A DNA stretch of 64,000 nt. Source: Chrysomallon squamiferum (taxonomy: Eukaryota; Animalia; Mollusca). Positions within the stretch are counted from its first letter, which is position 1. Every line of letters starts with the position of its first letter. The translations under genes were made by a program, and so were the position numbers. Below, one piece after another: positions 28,501 to 41,972 of this stretch. The notes under the pieces were generated by a model, which had not been told where the DNA came from, did no database searches, and saw nothing but the letters and a program-made list of their open reading frames with translations. The DNA is taken from NCBI GenBank assembly GCA_012295275.1, contig CM022668.1, forward strand, positions 7,254,001-7,318,000, read 5' to 3'.

Positions 28501-29003
28501 CTTCACTGGAGAGTGATTCGGGTCCAAGGACTGGAGAGTTTGAATCTCAGCAGAGCGAGAGGCAGACAGAACTGAGTTCAGTCAAGTACGGTGATGTGCA
28601 GTACACAGATCTGAGTCAGCAGACTAAATCCAGTGTGAGTTACAGGTATCGCATGACACAGCAGACAGGGAAGTCTGTGGGTGGACCGGAAGTCATCATT
28701 GTTCCTGATGACGACCAAAGCAGAGGATCTGAGCCCCAGAGCAAAGGATTTGAATCACAGAGGAAAAGATTTGAAACACAGAGCAAAGGATTTGAAACAC
28801 AGAGCAAAAGATTTGAAACACATAGTAAAGGATATGAAACCCAGAGTATCATGTCTCCGGAACAAGATGTAAAACCACCGTCATTTGACCCTTTCATGGG
28901 TTACAGAAAGTCGAGGAACTGGTCATCGACTAGTCTCGAAGACTCCGAGGACATCAGTGCCAGACATGACTCCGTGGACGGACGATGCCTTTCTGGAAGC
29001 TGA
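25554..29003 (+). CDS. klu: Klumpfuss-like (EGR/WT1-related) C2H2 zinc-finger transcription factor, main coding exon
   Basis: 3.45-kb open frame after acceptor TTTACAG| at 25553 (the ORF-track N-terminus is an ATT microsatellite; first in-exon ATG is 25647). Four C2H2 fingers at 27978-28325. Fingers 2-4 (FSRSDMLTRHMRLHTG, GQVFSRSDHLNTHKRTHTGEKPY, CPQCPYAACRRDMITRHMRTH) match Drosophila Klumpfuss as I recall it. CtBP-binding PLDLS motif at 26946-26960. Confidence 0.92.
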   Translation, partial: FYINNDQSRPFSPFVFDNYTNPASIVLSNVSMSMMGHSPGSSAEPSATTAVSTSSAVSTSDYPAICLQAAVARTTETKKQPPTYPQVEEYQEHFQHQGGRVFEDPAYSQARPLPDPNQQGRILPDPNLQQTREFHDPAQIQQLVQQHCQGLTYERRESYLKTESDSVSFYGPPVKQQWPEEAGHQTERGGQGNPQISYYHDPFPHSPGKENPQFRFDKVQYDDDKPVKATTQMLEKIEMDPSKKHLWDAVSRKQMYEGRNRPRLWNLGDERTFLETPSDSSSSNIEDSSSSREHSPFTGADYSSHPHHPPSLSQSSGSGDMMEKKDFSYPGLESHTKEEFSEQDKSGICGAKFKKRLQERYTSSLHETLLDAPRLHRPGHAQGQAGKRIHLSAPEMEDPNTLHADYGTSGTARMQHHSFPDTSLQRTCSVSSDTQEDNDVFMEPSSPMLALTRKSRPAPLQQNEPLDLSKWPSVTSRFDTATQGIETSPRISHGLETVPRMVYGPETSPRLPQGQEMSPRLSQGSETSPRMFHGSDTSPRLPQPQELSPRLSQGSDTSPRSLKGPDTSPRMFHGADPGQFDVSSYSSISGAKRQHLDIQGGDITEPSHDPSLSQTPVSPSLTHHESNLRYPHQESSSLPQQDPSYHEPNVASQHDPSLTPHQDSSLPPERLPDSELSPSKQYSPVTFRSPHRLPFSPHTIMSPQSPLCSVPEGGRIFNFSVPCPMEGPHSDSDLLSPSPMSPRFFTFPPHASVLSSMSEVNRLAVSPRALYPTSPLPLVSFSSKQPYRLKEEPKGFYEKRSLSESDMTYICPICGQAFPSYDNLAKHMAKHLPTETVRAADNNKIHYCKVCNRSFSRSDMLTRHMRLHTGLKPYECADCGQVFSRSDHLNTHKRTHTGEKPYRCPQCPYAACRRDMITRHMRTHNKRTSKRGRYLSVPDSESSDVRKSSVSSTETTDSQRTCSISSVDSIDSDVSHKKFSLESSLESDSGPRTGEFESQQSERQTELSSVKYGDVQYTDLSQQTKSSVSYRYRMTQQTGKSVGGPEVIIVPDDDQSRGSEPQSKGFESQRKRFETQSKGFETQSKRFETHSKGYETQSIMSPEQDVKPPSFDPFMGYRKSRNWSSTSLEDSEDISARHDSVDGRCLSGS

Positions 29004-29284
29004 GCGGTCGCCAACTGAGAAGTCGAAGAGCTCCGACTGTTGTGTTGTTGATTCAGTCAGTCTACAGAAATGTTGTATTAGCTCTGACAGTTCAAAGGTA
29101 AACATTTAGATTTGGGAGTAAACGTTTAGAAGTGAAGGTTTAGAGTTTGGAAGTGAACGTGGTGTCCAGTGAGAAACTGTTTTACTGCACACACATTCTT
29201 CTTCCCATTGTTCATCCTAGTTGTTTAGGAAATGGTTAAAGTCCTTAGTGCAATATTCTTAACACATTTCTTTATATTACACTG

Positions 29285-29293
29285 TTGTTGTTG

Positions 29294-29364
<71 letters not shown>

Positions 29365-29440
29365 GTCATTATTATTACTGTTATTATTATAATTATTAAT
29401 TTTGTCGTTATGAGTATTATTATTATTATTGTCATTATTT

Positions 29441-29501
<61 letters not shown>

Positions 29502-29543
29502 TATTATTACTATTATTACTATTATTATTATTATTATTATTAT
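29285..29543. repeat. (ATT)n microsatellite in the probable klu 3'UTR
   Basis: Interrupted ATT runs. Confidence 0.9.
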
Positions 29544-31965
29544 AAGGTAAATGATGACAATTTAATTTGTTATTTGATTTTCATTTTCAATTTGCCTGTT
29601 TTATGATCTAGAATCCAGATTTTCAGAGATATCAGTAATTTTCTTTCTTAACACAGTTTTCAGATTTTTATTTTTACTTCTGGAGATGAAGTTAAGTCAC
29701 ACACTTTGAACATATTTATATGTTTGTTTTTTCTTTTCAAGTGGGATATAGGTGGATTTTAGAGGGGTTTTTTGAGGATTGGGATAAAAAAATGTTTAAA
29801 AGATTAAATAATATTCAGGCAATATGAAACACTAATCTTGTCCAAATTACATTTCTAAATATTGATAATTTCCTTAAAAAAAATTTTTTATAATAATAAA
29901 AAGATGTAAGTTACATTTTTATGATGGTTTACACTTTTGACAAAGCTTTTAAGGTCTGCACTGTTTTGAAATTGTTCAGTCCATTTTAAAAATCTTAACA
30001 TATTATATATATATATATATTATTTTTTTCTACATTTAAGAAATAGAATTAATTTGGTACCTAGTTAATGAAAATAATAAACTACTACTAATATTTGTTG
30101 TAAATAAGGTTTTATATAGATCTGTGTATTTGTTTTTTAATTGTAATAGGGCAGTTTCTGATGGTGCCATCATAACAGGTAATAATCAAGAGTAATATAC
30201 TTTTGTCACTTTAAATTTTCACTCGAATGTGAAATATTTTCTGTAAAATTATATATATAGGCAGAAACATGTATTTGTTTTCAGAAGAACGAAGTTCTAA
30301 CTTCAAATTTTAGCTTCAGAATATTTAAGAAGAAAATGAATTGATACAAATATTGGGTTTTATAACTTAATTAAATTGATAATTATTACTGATAAATATC
30401 TTAACTATTAAGTTTAGATTTATTTATTTCATAAGTGAAATTATGAAACTGATTTTTTGTTGCTGTGTATCTGCAAGTTTGAAACCAGTCAATCAAGGGA
30501 AATAACTCATATAATGATTATGATGATGATCTTTTTTTTATTTTTTTGAATAATACATTGGTTATTTATTTGTAAGAATTTAAAGTAATTCTTTCTTTTT
30601 AGAGTTATTATAAAATAATCTTTTTTAAAATAAAAAATGTATAAAAGAAAAAATCTTATTCATTACATTGAATGTAATAATACTCATGCAATGGGATAAA
30701 TGTTTGATGAAATATTAATCACTTGAAATATGTTTGTTATGTTTATTTCTGTTTTTGATAGAATTTAAAAATTTTAATATTGCAGCATAAATATTCTGAT
30801 TTCCATTTGTGTTAAAAACCACAAGATAATATAAGAATGGTAAGACACTGTCATTTTTGTATTAATATTTTCATTAACTTTATATATATATATATATATA
30901 TATTAATTTCCTTCTATATATCATCTTTTTAAAAATTATAAATATCTGAGATAATGAAAATTAAAATATTTTAATAATTAAAATTAGAAATATGATGACA
31001 ACAATAGTTTATGATTATATGAAAATAATTAGAAATAAAAAACAAAGTTTAATATTAATGAAAATTGAAAAATAAACTTCTTGATAAATTCTTTTATTTT
31101 ATAAACATTAACCAGAAGTTTAGTAACTGTACATTTAAAAAAAAATAAAAACTACATTTTTGTGATTATATTTTATATTTAGTCATAAAGCTTAGAGTTT
31201 TGTTTTTCTCAAAAATATCACCATATTATTAACAAAAGTGTAAATAACCAAATCATGATGATTTTTTATTAATATATCAGTATCACATATTTTTATATTT
31301 TTGTCATAAACAAGACGTTTAAATATTTGTATTGTGCATGGAAGATGTTCTTAAAGTGCTACTTGTTGCTTTGTTGTGTTTAGACCTTCAAGAGGCCGAA
31401 GAAAGTTTTTGGTTTGTTTTTCATTTTGTTTCACATATTTGTTAAAAAAAATTTAAAAAAAAAATGCATAAATATTTTGCATTTAGATAGATAGAGAGAG
31501 AGAAAAAAAAAGAAAAGAAAATGTATTTGGAATTATATTTTTTCACTTTTCATATGTTTGTATTAAATGTACACACGTTTATATATGTATGTATTTTACG
31601 TTTTTCTTATTTTACATACAAAGAACTGACGTAAGGCCACACTACTGTAAATAACTGTTGTTCATCTCTTGGTTTCTGTTTCCATTTTGTTGTTTCGTGT
31701 GGTCTTTACTTTTATCATTTTCATGATTCATGTTTTTAATCAGTGTTTTTTATAATGTGTAATATTTTATTTTGTTGCTTCTGTCCCTCAGTTTCATCGG
31801 GAAGTTTTCATTAAATATCCTAATACATAGTAATTTTTAAAACTGTTTGTTTATCAGTCAAAATAAATATAAATTTATCTGCACTGGGGTTATCTGGTGG
31901 AAACTTTCATACTGGCCTGCTCTCATGAATGACATCACAAAAAATCCTTTGAAGAAAATAGTTAC

Positions 31966-32010
<45 letters not shown>

Positions 32011-32823
32011 TTTTAATACTGTTATTTTAATTATTATTACTACTGCTAATATTAGTATTATTATTATTATTATTATATGTTTTTTCAAAATATTGTCTAT
32101 CACCTAATTAAGACATATTTATTTATTTTCTAAATTTTTTAAGTGATGCTATTATTAAAAATTCCAGAAATAGATGGTTTGTTTTATTTTCAGTTAATAT
32201 GACATAGTTTGCCAAACTGAGTTTCCATGTAGTTAAACACAGAGCCAGTCAATAAACAGATATATTTATATTCTGACATGTAAACAAACAAAATTATTTG
32301 ACAGCACTTTTAAAACAGAAAAAATTTAAAGTAAGTCAAATATATTTAATTGCAGGATTCTTTGGTTTTGAGAAAAATATGCTTTTGGTATCTTTAATAA
32401 CAGGAAATACAGTATGGATGAAAATCTATTAAAATATTTAAATGGATGAAAGTAGACAATGTGGTAAATTACATATATATCACTTGCTTTCTTTAGTATT
32501 TTCATTTTGGTCATGTACTAAATAAGCACAGTAAAATAATTTTAAATAAAAATAAAAATAAGTTGAATTTTTTAATATTTGAATAACAAAATTTACATTC
32601 CACAATACATTTTTTGCAGTATATTTCTCTGACTATGAAACTGAAGCAGAACACACACACACACATACACAACAGACAGACAGACAGACACACATATTTG
32701 AGTAGTTTAAACTGGATTATGGTTTCTATAACATTTTCTGAAACTTTCAGTATATTACTAAAATAGATATTTTACGTTTCTGTTTGTGTGGAAAATTCTG
32801 TTTTATCTATTGTGTTAATCTGT

Positions 32824-32857
<34 letters not shown>

Positions 32858-34227
32858 TATGAAAAAAATAACAAATGTTTGTTATTAAAAGATGAATTTT
32901 GTTAGTTGTTATGACAACAATGTCCTCGTATGGTTGCTTTAAATTCTGATCCGGTGTACCAAGTTTTATATGTGGTCAACTTGAAATATATATGTATGTA
33001 TATACATATAATTGGTTTTTAACGAGATTATTTTTAATTTAAATGGTTAAGATGTAAGATTGAAAAATCCGGTGAATATAATTAACGTATTTGCTTTGAT
33101 ATTAATTTTTTTTTTTTTTTTTCAAATATTCGTATAACATTTTAAAAATTAAAAATCCTTTTCAGAATATTTCATATCTGAATATTTTATAAATAAGTGA
33201 TATTTTTTCTTCAGATCTGATGTGTATTATTTTTATTCATTTATATTTTGTTAAAATTGGTAATAATTAAAATTTAATTATTTTGTATTTTAGTAAAAGC
33301 AGAATGATACAAAATTTAAATAAAACGTAATGGAAAAAAAAAACTGTCTTTATTAATAAAGAACAGTGTGGAATTCTTATTTTTTTTTTTTTATTTTATT
33401 TTATTTATTTTTATTATTTTACTTTCAAACCAAAATTTTAAAATTTTGTTGTTAAAAAAGGATAAAAACTGCAATAAATAAAAGAAATATCTAAATTTTA
33501 TTTTAAAAAACAAAATATATATTTTTACATTTTTCAGTCTATGTGTATTAAATGTTATTTTAAGTACTTTCTAGTTCTAGTGTACTCATGCAGGTTTTTC
33601 TAGAATGCCTAAATAAATTTTATATACTTCCAGGTTCCACATGATTGTTTTAATGTTTTTAGTAGATTTCATCCTTTCATAATAATAAAGTATAAGCCAT
33701 GACAAATGGTGCCTTCAACTTTTCTCTCTTGTGTACTTACATACAAACAACAAACTGTTAAATTTAATACATACACATATATATACATGTCTTCATTAAT
33801 AATGTTCTTGTTTACTACAAAATTATACTATTGACATACTTTATTCTTAGCAAAGTTTAGTTTTAAATAACAAAACAGTTATAATGGAAGCTTGAAAAAT
33901 TTATTTCTGACAAATGATTTACCACTATAAATATATTAAAATATTGTATTTGTTAAGTGCTAAGAATAAATATACATTAAAAAAATTAGAACCAATATGT
34001 CAAATATGAAACAATGAAAATCAAAATGCATGAAAAATTTGGCAGTTTCTATTTTATTCGTAACTTAGATATTTACCATTTGTCTCTTTAGTATTGTTGT
34101 GGTAGAATCTAGGATTTTAAAATACTGATTTGAGTACATAAATAAGTAAATAAATAAAATGTTTTGAATACTACTCAGGGTTTGGGTAATAGAATGTAGA
34201 TCTTTGTTTTTATTATTATTATTATTA

Positions 34228-34282
<55 letters not shown>

Positions 34283-35674
34283 TTGGCTGCAGATAAATTA
34301 AAATATTTAAAATATTTTAGATTTGGAATTTCTGAATAACAGAATTTTGGCCTTTGTTATTTTTATTATTATGTTGTTGTTGTCTTTTCGAAAATTCTGG
34401 ACAGGAACATTTATACAAGAGACCAACGAAATGGAATTGTTGTTATAACTGGTTTGTTTTGTATTATAAAATGAGTTAATGTTGAAATCTGTCTTCAAAA
34501 CTGTTACTCTTTCATGTGTTTTTTTTATTATTGTTAGGAAAGTTTTCAGTGTGTGCAGTAGAGTTTGGATTGTTTAAATACTTTTTTTTTCATTTAGAGA
34601 CAAAGATTTTTAAAATTATTTTAAATATTAAAATTTAAAAGTAATTTTTTTTTTGGATATAGGGAAATATAATATTGAAACATATTTTAATAATTAAAAA
34701 AAAAAATATATATATATATACATATTTGATATTTTATACTTTTAATAAACATTTGTGAAAATAAAGACTGAAAAATAATAATTATGTATTTGTAATTTTA
34801 ATGAATATATGAACTTCATTAAAATTACAGATATATAATAATTATTTCAGTGTTCATGATCATAAACATTTACTGAGAGTATAAAATAACATATTCTATC
34901 TACATTTACAAGAAAGTAATATTTCATCAGCAAATTGTCCTGTGAGTTGTTTTTTGACAACATTCAAACGCTGCTGCACACGTTGAAAACACGCCGATGT
35001 TGCAGATACCCGTGACTCATGTTCATCCTGGTGGTTGTTTTTCACAGCAGAATCTCAGAGCTAAACTGTAAAATATCTCGTACTCGTGAAAAACTCTTCA
35101 TTTGTCTTTGTTTTACTTAGCTTTACCTTCATTATTTTTGTTGTTGTTATTATTTTATTATTATCATTATTGTTATAATTATTATTGTTAATAAAATTAT
35201 TTTATTACTATTATTTTTTATTTTTATTTTTATTATTATTAAGACTATTATTTTTTTTTATTATTATTATTATTACTATTATTATTTTTTTTTATTATTA
35301 TTATTATTTCATAATTATAGTATAACAATTACTAATACTATTACTACTACTACTACTATTATTTATAGTTTTTTCTAAGGTGAACATATTAATTTTAATT
35401 TCACACTGATATACATATATTTATATATAAATAAATATATGAAAGACTGTTTTATCAGTAATATTTTACAGTTTTTCTCTGTCACAGCAGAGTTTACTAC
35501 AAACTCTGTCACATTATTATTATTATTACATATTGTCTTGTTATTATTGTTCAGGTCTTCAAGATCTGGAGTTTTGTTTTGTACTGGAAATTGTCGAATT
35601 TTCGATCTCATCACTATTATGAGTAAACTCATGCTTAAATATGATTACAGTGTTGTGTTGTTATTTAATGGGAA

Positions 35675-35775
35675 GGGGTGGTGCTTAGTTTTAAGAATTC
35701 TGGCCTAAAGAACCATGAGTCCTGGGTTCAATCCTTGATGATGCCACTGGGCTGAGTTCTGCGTGATTCCTTGCA
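35675..35775 (+). mobile_element. tRNA-derived SINE head remnant
   Basis: B-box-like GGTTCAATCC at 35725-35734 with a degenerate A-box (TGGTGCTTAGT) about 45 nt upstream; no intact cloverleaf. Confidence 0.5.
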
Positions 35776-37080
35776 CAATCAATTGAAGAAAACGTAAAGT
35801 ATGATTATATTCAAATTAGAATATATTTCATTTTGCAAGCTGTTGGATTTCAGAACATCTATTTAATGACCACTAGAATACTTTTTATTTCGTTGACTGT
35901 TGAAAATTAAACATTTATTTAATAAAACAATTAGATTTTAATTTTCTGTCAGCTGTGGGACTTCAAACTCTTAACATGCATTATGAGAAATTGTTTTTTG
36001 ATTGGGCTTTAAATGCTAAACATTTGTTTAATTAAACTATTAAAACATCCATTTTCTGTCATCAGCAGCTGGACATCAAACAGTTAATTAATGGAGATCA
36101 TTACAAATCATTTCTTTAACTGGCATTTTATGCTAAAATTTTGTTTAATCGCACTTCTTGAACAAATACAGCTTTTTTTCTTCCTATAATATGAATCCAT
36201 CATTTTGATTCCCTAATATGTCAAAGGTCCAAGTGTAAATATTTCCATTTGACAGAATTACTACTTTATTACGAACTGAATGCAATAAGCTATATTACAC
36301 ACATTTATTGAGTGACTGATTGTTATTATAAATTCATAACAAGGAATATTATTAATTGCCTGGTTATAAATATAATTTCATGACAGAAAATAGGCAGTGT
36401 TTTCCATGTTTTCTCCTGTTCTCTACAAAAACAAGATGACTGCACTGCACTGCAACCTGGGACAGCTGATACAAATTGAAGATCAAAGAAAAATAAAGCT
36501 GTTACAATTGTTAAGGAAGTGGTGTCCAACAGCTGGAGATAGAAGAAAATATATTAAAGAACCAAATTTAAATACTTCAATACTTCAGCCATAATATAGG
36601 ACCAGAATTAAATATTTTGATTGATAAAAAAAAAAAATAATATTTTAGCCAAAATACAGAAACAGAATTAAATACTTTAATAAAGTTTAAAATATGAGGA
36701 CATAAGCAAAATACAGAACCAGATTTAAATACTTTGATATCATTCTAAACGAGGTTTGGCTGATGAGCAAGGGTGGCTGCAAGTGTGATAAACAGCCTAA
36801 GTTTTCTTGTGACACATATTCCTATCACTGTCAGTCACTAACCATCTAAAACTTTAATACTTTAGCCTATTATAGTGTTACATTTGTTAAAAGCAAATGA
36901 TTGATAAAAGTTTTCCCTCACTGCACAATGCACACCATTAAAAATATAGCCTGTGTACAGTTTTTTGACTTTTTAACAGTCCATTGCTTTGTATTTCATA
37001 TTTGTGAAGAACTTGCCAAGACACGTCAGGCTCATACTTCTCATCAGCACAAAAACAGATGATGAATAAAGGTACATACT

Positions 37081-37490
37081 TACACAAGGGTGTTAACTCA
37101 AAATATATCGGTGAACATCTCTCACACAAGGGAGTTAACTCTATATCAGTGAACGTCTCACACAAGGGCAGTAACTCTAAATATGTCAGTGAACATCTCT
37201 CACACAAGGGCAGTAACTAAATATATCTGAACATCTCTCACACAAGGGCAGTAACTCTAAATATATCTGAACATCTCTCACACAAGGGCAGTAACTCTAA
37301 CTATATCAGTGAACATCTCTCACACAAGGGCAGTAACTCTAACTATATCAGTGAACATCTCTCACACAAGGGTGGTAACTCTAAATCAATCAGTGAACAT
37401 CTCTAACAAGGGTGGTAACTCTAAATATATCTGAACATCTCTCACACAAGGGCAGTAACTCTAAATATATTAGTGAACATCTCTCGCAGA
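37081..37490. repeat. Minisatellite, unit about 40-42 bp, about 10 copies
   Basis: Unit GAACATCTCTCACACAAGGGCAGTAACTCTAAATATATCAGT. Confidence 0.95.
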
Positions 37491-38419
37491 AGAAAAACAA
37501 ACGGTACAGATTCCAGATGAGAACCATTTATATGTGAAATGATGAAGAATCTGACACAGATGTAGACAATGAGGATAGACATGATTAAAACATAATATTA
37601 ATAAAATAAAAAAAAAATTATAATAAATAAACAAATAAGAATTTTAAAAAAATATGAATGAATTAAAGACAAATTCTAAATATTTTGTTTATATTTATTT
37701 ATTCTACAACCACTTTCCCACTCAGACAACGTACTAACATTTTTACAAAATAACATCTGCATGTAACTGTTCATAACATTTTAAATACAAACTGACCAAC
37801 AGAAGTATAAATAAAATAAAAAATATAATACAGAAAGAAAGAAAGAATGAAACAAAATATTTATAAATAAAATAATAAAATAAATAAATAAAAATAATAA
37901 TAAATAAAAAATATATAAATAAATAAATAAGTAAACAAAAACAAAAAAATATATATATCTTTGACAGAAATGAGATTCAAGTTTTATTTATAAACATGTA
38001 TATGTAGGAATAAACAATGTTTAACAATATTTCAGTATATCTTTTTATATTAATGTACAGAGCATATCAGTCACATACATTCAGAATGATATGAAATGAA
38101 AAGCTCACTGTTGCCACAGCAACGACTGGTCTCAACAATGAAGGGAATGTGTACATTGTGTGCGTCTAGTATGATCATAGGAAAGCACAAATGTTCTTAA
38201 GTATTTTTTTTAAATTTTCATTTATCTTAAAATGTAATTTAGAAAAATAAAATATAAAAGATTTTACAATGAATAATACAAATTTAAAAAATAATAATAA
38301 AATTTAAGAAATTAAATAAAGTAAAACAAAATAAATAAATAAATAAATAAATAATTCATAGTAAAGTCAAATAAAATTAAAATAATAGTTCATAAGAAAA
38401 AGATTTGAAATAATAATAG

Positions 38420-38450
<31 letters not shown>

Positions 38451-38846
38451 ATATTCTTTCAAAAGAACATGGCAATGTTAGAAATAAAAAACCCATTAAC
38501 AAATTACAAACAGCAAAAACATAATTTGAACAAGATTCTTAACATTTAAAAAAAAATATTATAATAATAATAATAATAATAATTAATAGAAAATATCTTC
38601 AAATAACAATAAAATAATTAAAATATAAACATGAATAAATATAGCACAATATAATTAAGAATTTTAACAATATTTACAACTTCAAACACTGATAAGTAAC
38701 TAAAAAAATAAATTTTATAAACATGAAATATTTCATATTTAGTGACCATACAGCATTTAAAATTCAAACATCCCATTACACCTTGTTCCTAGGATGTCAT
38801 TCGATTTTGTTTTTGATTTTGTGCAAAAAATGTTATTTAAATATAT

Positions 38847-39117
<271 letters not shown>

Positions 39118-40397
39118 ATTTAATATATAATATATATATAAAAACAATGAATTTTTGTTTCGTTTCAGCAGATATGTATTAAACATAAAAATAATTAATT
39201 GAATTACAACATGTACTTATACGTGGAAACACAAGTAAAATAACTCAAAATATATCACTTTAAAATCAGGGGAAAAAATTATTTAACAAACTGTTTTCAA
39301 ACTTTTCTTCTCTTACACATGTATATGTAGCAATGAAAAATGTTTAACAATACTTCAGTATATATTTCTATATTAATGTACTAATTCAGTATATAATTTT
39401 TTATATTATTATTATTTTAGTTATTATTTTTATTATTATTTTTATATTAATGCCTGCACATTTTCAGCTGCCACAAAGAACTGTACAGCTTGAGTGAAAG
39501 AGAGAAGCAATAACAAACTTATTAACAACCTACTGAGAATCTGATACTGATTCAAAGTGGAGAAAATCACCCATGTTTGTAAGCCACATTATCTAATACA
39601 CATATCTGAAGAATGTTTTTACCCATTCAAGTATATATATATATATATATATTGTTGTGTTTTTTCAGTATTTTTCATAACAATAGATCCCCTTGCAACA
39701 ATAGTGTATTAATTTAGTGATATTTTCTCAATAGTCGTTCCTTCTGGTGATCAAAGAACCTTTTTTCACTTCAGTGATATTCTTTTAATCCTTTTTTTAC
39801 AAATGTAACGTTATTTTCAAAATATTATTTCAAGTTCAAGAAAATTTTAAAATAAATATTCCCTAACTATGGGTTTTTTCTATTTATTTTTTCACTCCAA
39901 ATTTATTTTTTCTATCCATGAGATTTTTTAAAATATATTTTTCCACATAACAGACCACAAAATTCAAAATTCTTTTTTAAAAAAAAACATTTTTCTTGAT
40001 AAAGAAATATTCTAATTATTTTTTTACCCAATCATAAAAATTTTCTAAATATTTTTCCAAATCCAGTGCTTTTTATGAAACATTTTTCCAAGTATAAGGA
40101 TACTGTCTATATATTTTCCCAGTATAAGGATACTGTCTATATATTTTTCCCAAACTAAGAATATTTACAAAATATCTTTCCCAAACAAGGATACTGCCTG
40201 AAAACTTTACCTGAACTGAAGAATACTGTTTAAACATTTCCCCTCTCCAAGGATAAATTCACAATCCTAAAATATTTGCTAAATATTTCCCAAATCCAAG
40301 TTTCTAAATATTTTTCCCAAACCAATATTTTCTAAATATTTTTCAATACAAAAGGCCCCAGTATTAAAAGGTCCACATTTACATGGTTTAGAGCTTG

Positions 40398-40594
40398 TTA
40401 CTCAAAATCTGAGTTTGAGTTATTAACATCATCATTGAGTTGTATAGAGTTCAGCTGTGAGTAAATTTTCTGTAGGGTTTCTTTCAGTCTTTTGTGTAGA
40501 TCCTCATCTTCACATTCCTGTAACCAACAGTAACACTGTTTGAGAATCACTTTCTTTTGAAGATAAAAATGTTTCTTTACAATGTCTTCTGTAC
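40398..40594 (-). CDS. E4-E2 fusion gene, last coding exon
   Basis: Acceptor CCCTAG|, phase 1; [27 protein letters not shown]...SDFE* resembles the BIRC6 tail (HFYLKRVEIMAQCEEW). Confidence 0.9.
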
Positions 40595-41914
40595 CTAGGG
40601 AAAAATAAAATAAAATAAATACATAAAAATATATCTAAAAGTTAAAATTTAATTGAAATAAAAGATTAAAATATTTTTTTTTAAAAAGAGTTATCTCATG
40701 CAAACAAAAATCATATAAAGACTGAGTACCTGGTTTAACTGATGCATGTGTATTTTTAGTCTTCTTATGTCATTAGTAAATAAAAATATTCAAGAAAAAC
40801 TGAGTACTGCTGGAGCCTAGTGCAGAATTAAAGGATTATTTATAGTTATTGTTAGCAGATACAGTAATAAAAAAACAACAACCCTGCAACAACTGAGTAC
40901 TGTTGAATGATTATGCAGAACTATAAAGAGTACCTAAAATTACTGCAAATACAAAAAGTCCAGAAAGACTGAGTACCTGGTGGTGGGTTGCACAGAACAC
41001 CCAGTATTGCATGTCTCATGGTGTAAAGCCGAATTTTCCAGTTGTACTGATCACTCTGTTGCTGCAGTGAAAATTTGAACAGTTAATACTTTACATTTTG
41101 CAACATCACAGTATCTCCAATTCCAACCAGTGAGAATAAACCATTATTTTCTTACATTAAAATTTTGATATCAGTTAATATTTTGATTGTATTGTGTAGG
41201 TATTGTGCTTTGTCGGATTGTTTTATACAGCACTGTGCTGTGCTGTGTTGTGTCTTGTTGTGTTGCATTGTGTTGTATTATATTGTGTTCTATTGTATTT
41301 TAGTGTTTCGTGTTGTATTGTGCTTTACTTTATACTGTATTGTATCGTGATGTATTGTGTTGTGTTGTTTTACAGTACATTGTTACTAACTTCAGCCAGT
41401 AAGAAGAAATCAATAACCTATTGAAAGTGACAAATAAACTTCCATTTATGAATATTACATTATATATTACATACTAACTTCAACCAGTGAAATTCCTTAA
41501 AAATAACACATACTGATTCTCAAAATGAACACTATAAATTTCAAAAATCTTTTAATTGAAGATATGTAAGAAATATTTTAAAACTAGCACCATGCCTATA
41601 TCATTTTAAATATAGAGCTATATTGTTATTAAACAAGTAATGCCCACTATGGTTTTTGTCAGAAATTACCTTTCCCTCTGTTGTGTCTTGTCTTCCTTCG
41701 TAGCCTGGTTCATTAAAAACAGGATCAGGCACAAGAATTATACTCTGAATTGACAGAAGTACCTGTGAGAAAAAAAAAAAAAAACCCTATATAATTTAAA
41801 AATATTGTTAGAATATTATATGGCAAAGCATAGATAACAAAAAGTCACAGAATAATGTGATACCAAACAAAATGAGTTTTTTGTATTGTATTATGATCTT
41901 TTGGACATTATTGA

Positions 41915-41972
<58 letters not shown>

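Noticed and set aside
25875-28897. Antisense and alternate-frame ORFs within klu
   Set aside because: Expected shadows of a long coding exon; only 28885-29109 was kept, as a possible true C-terminus.
35675-35775. tRNA gene
   Set aside because: Only a B-box and weak A-box; no acceptor or anticodon stems.
36326-36594. Short ORFs between the two genes
   Set aside because: No recognisable motif or convincing splice pair.
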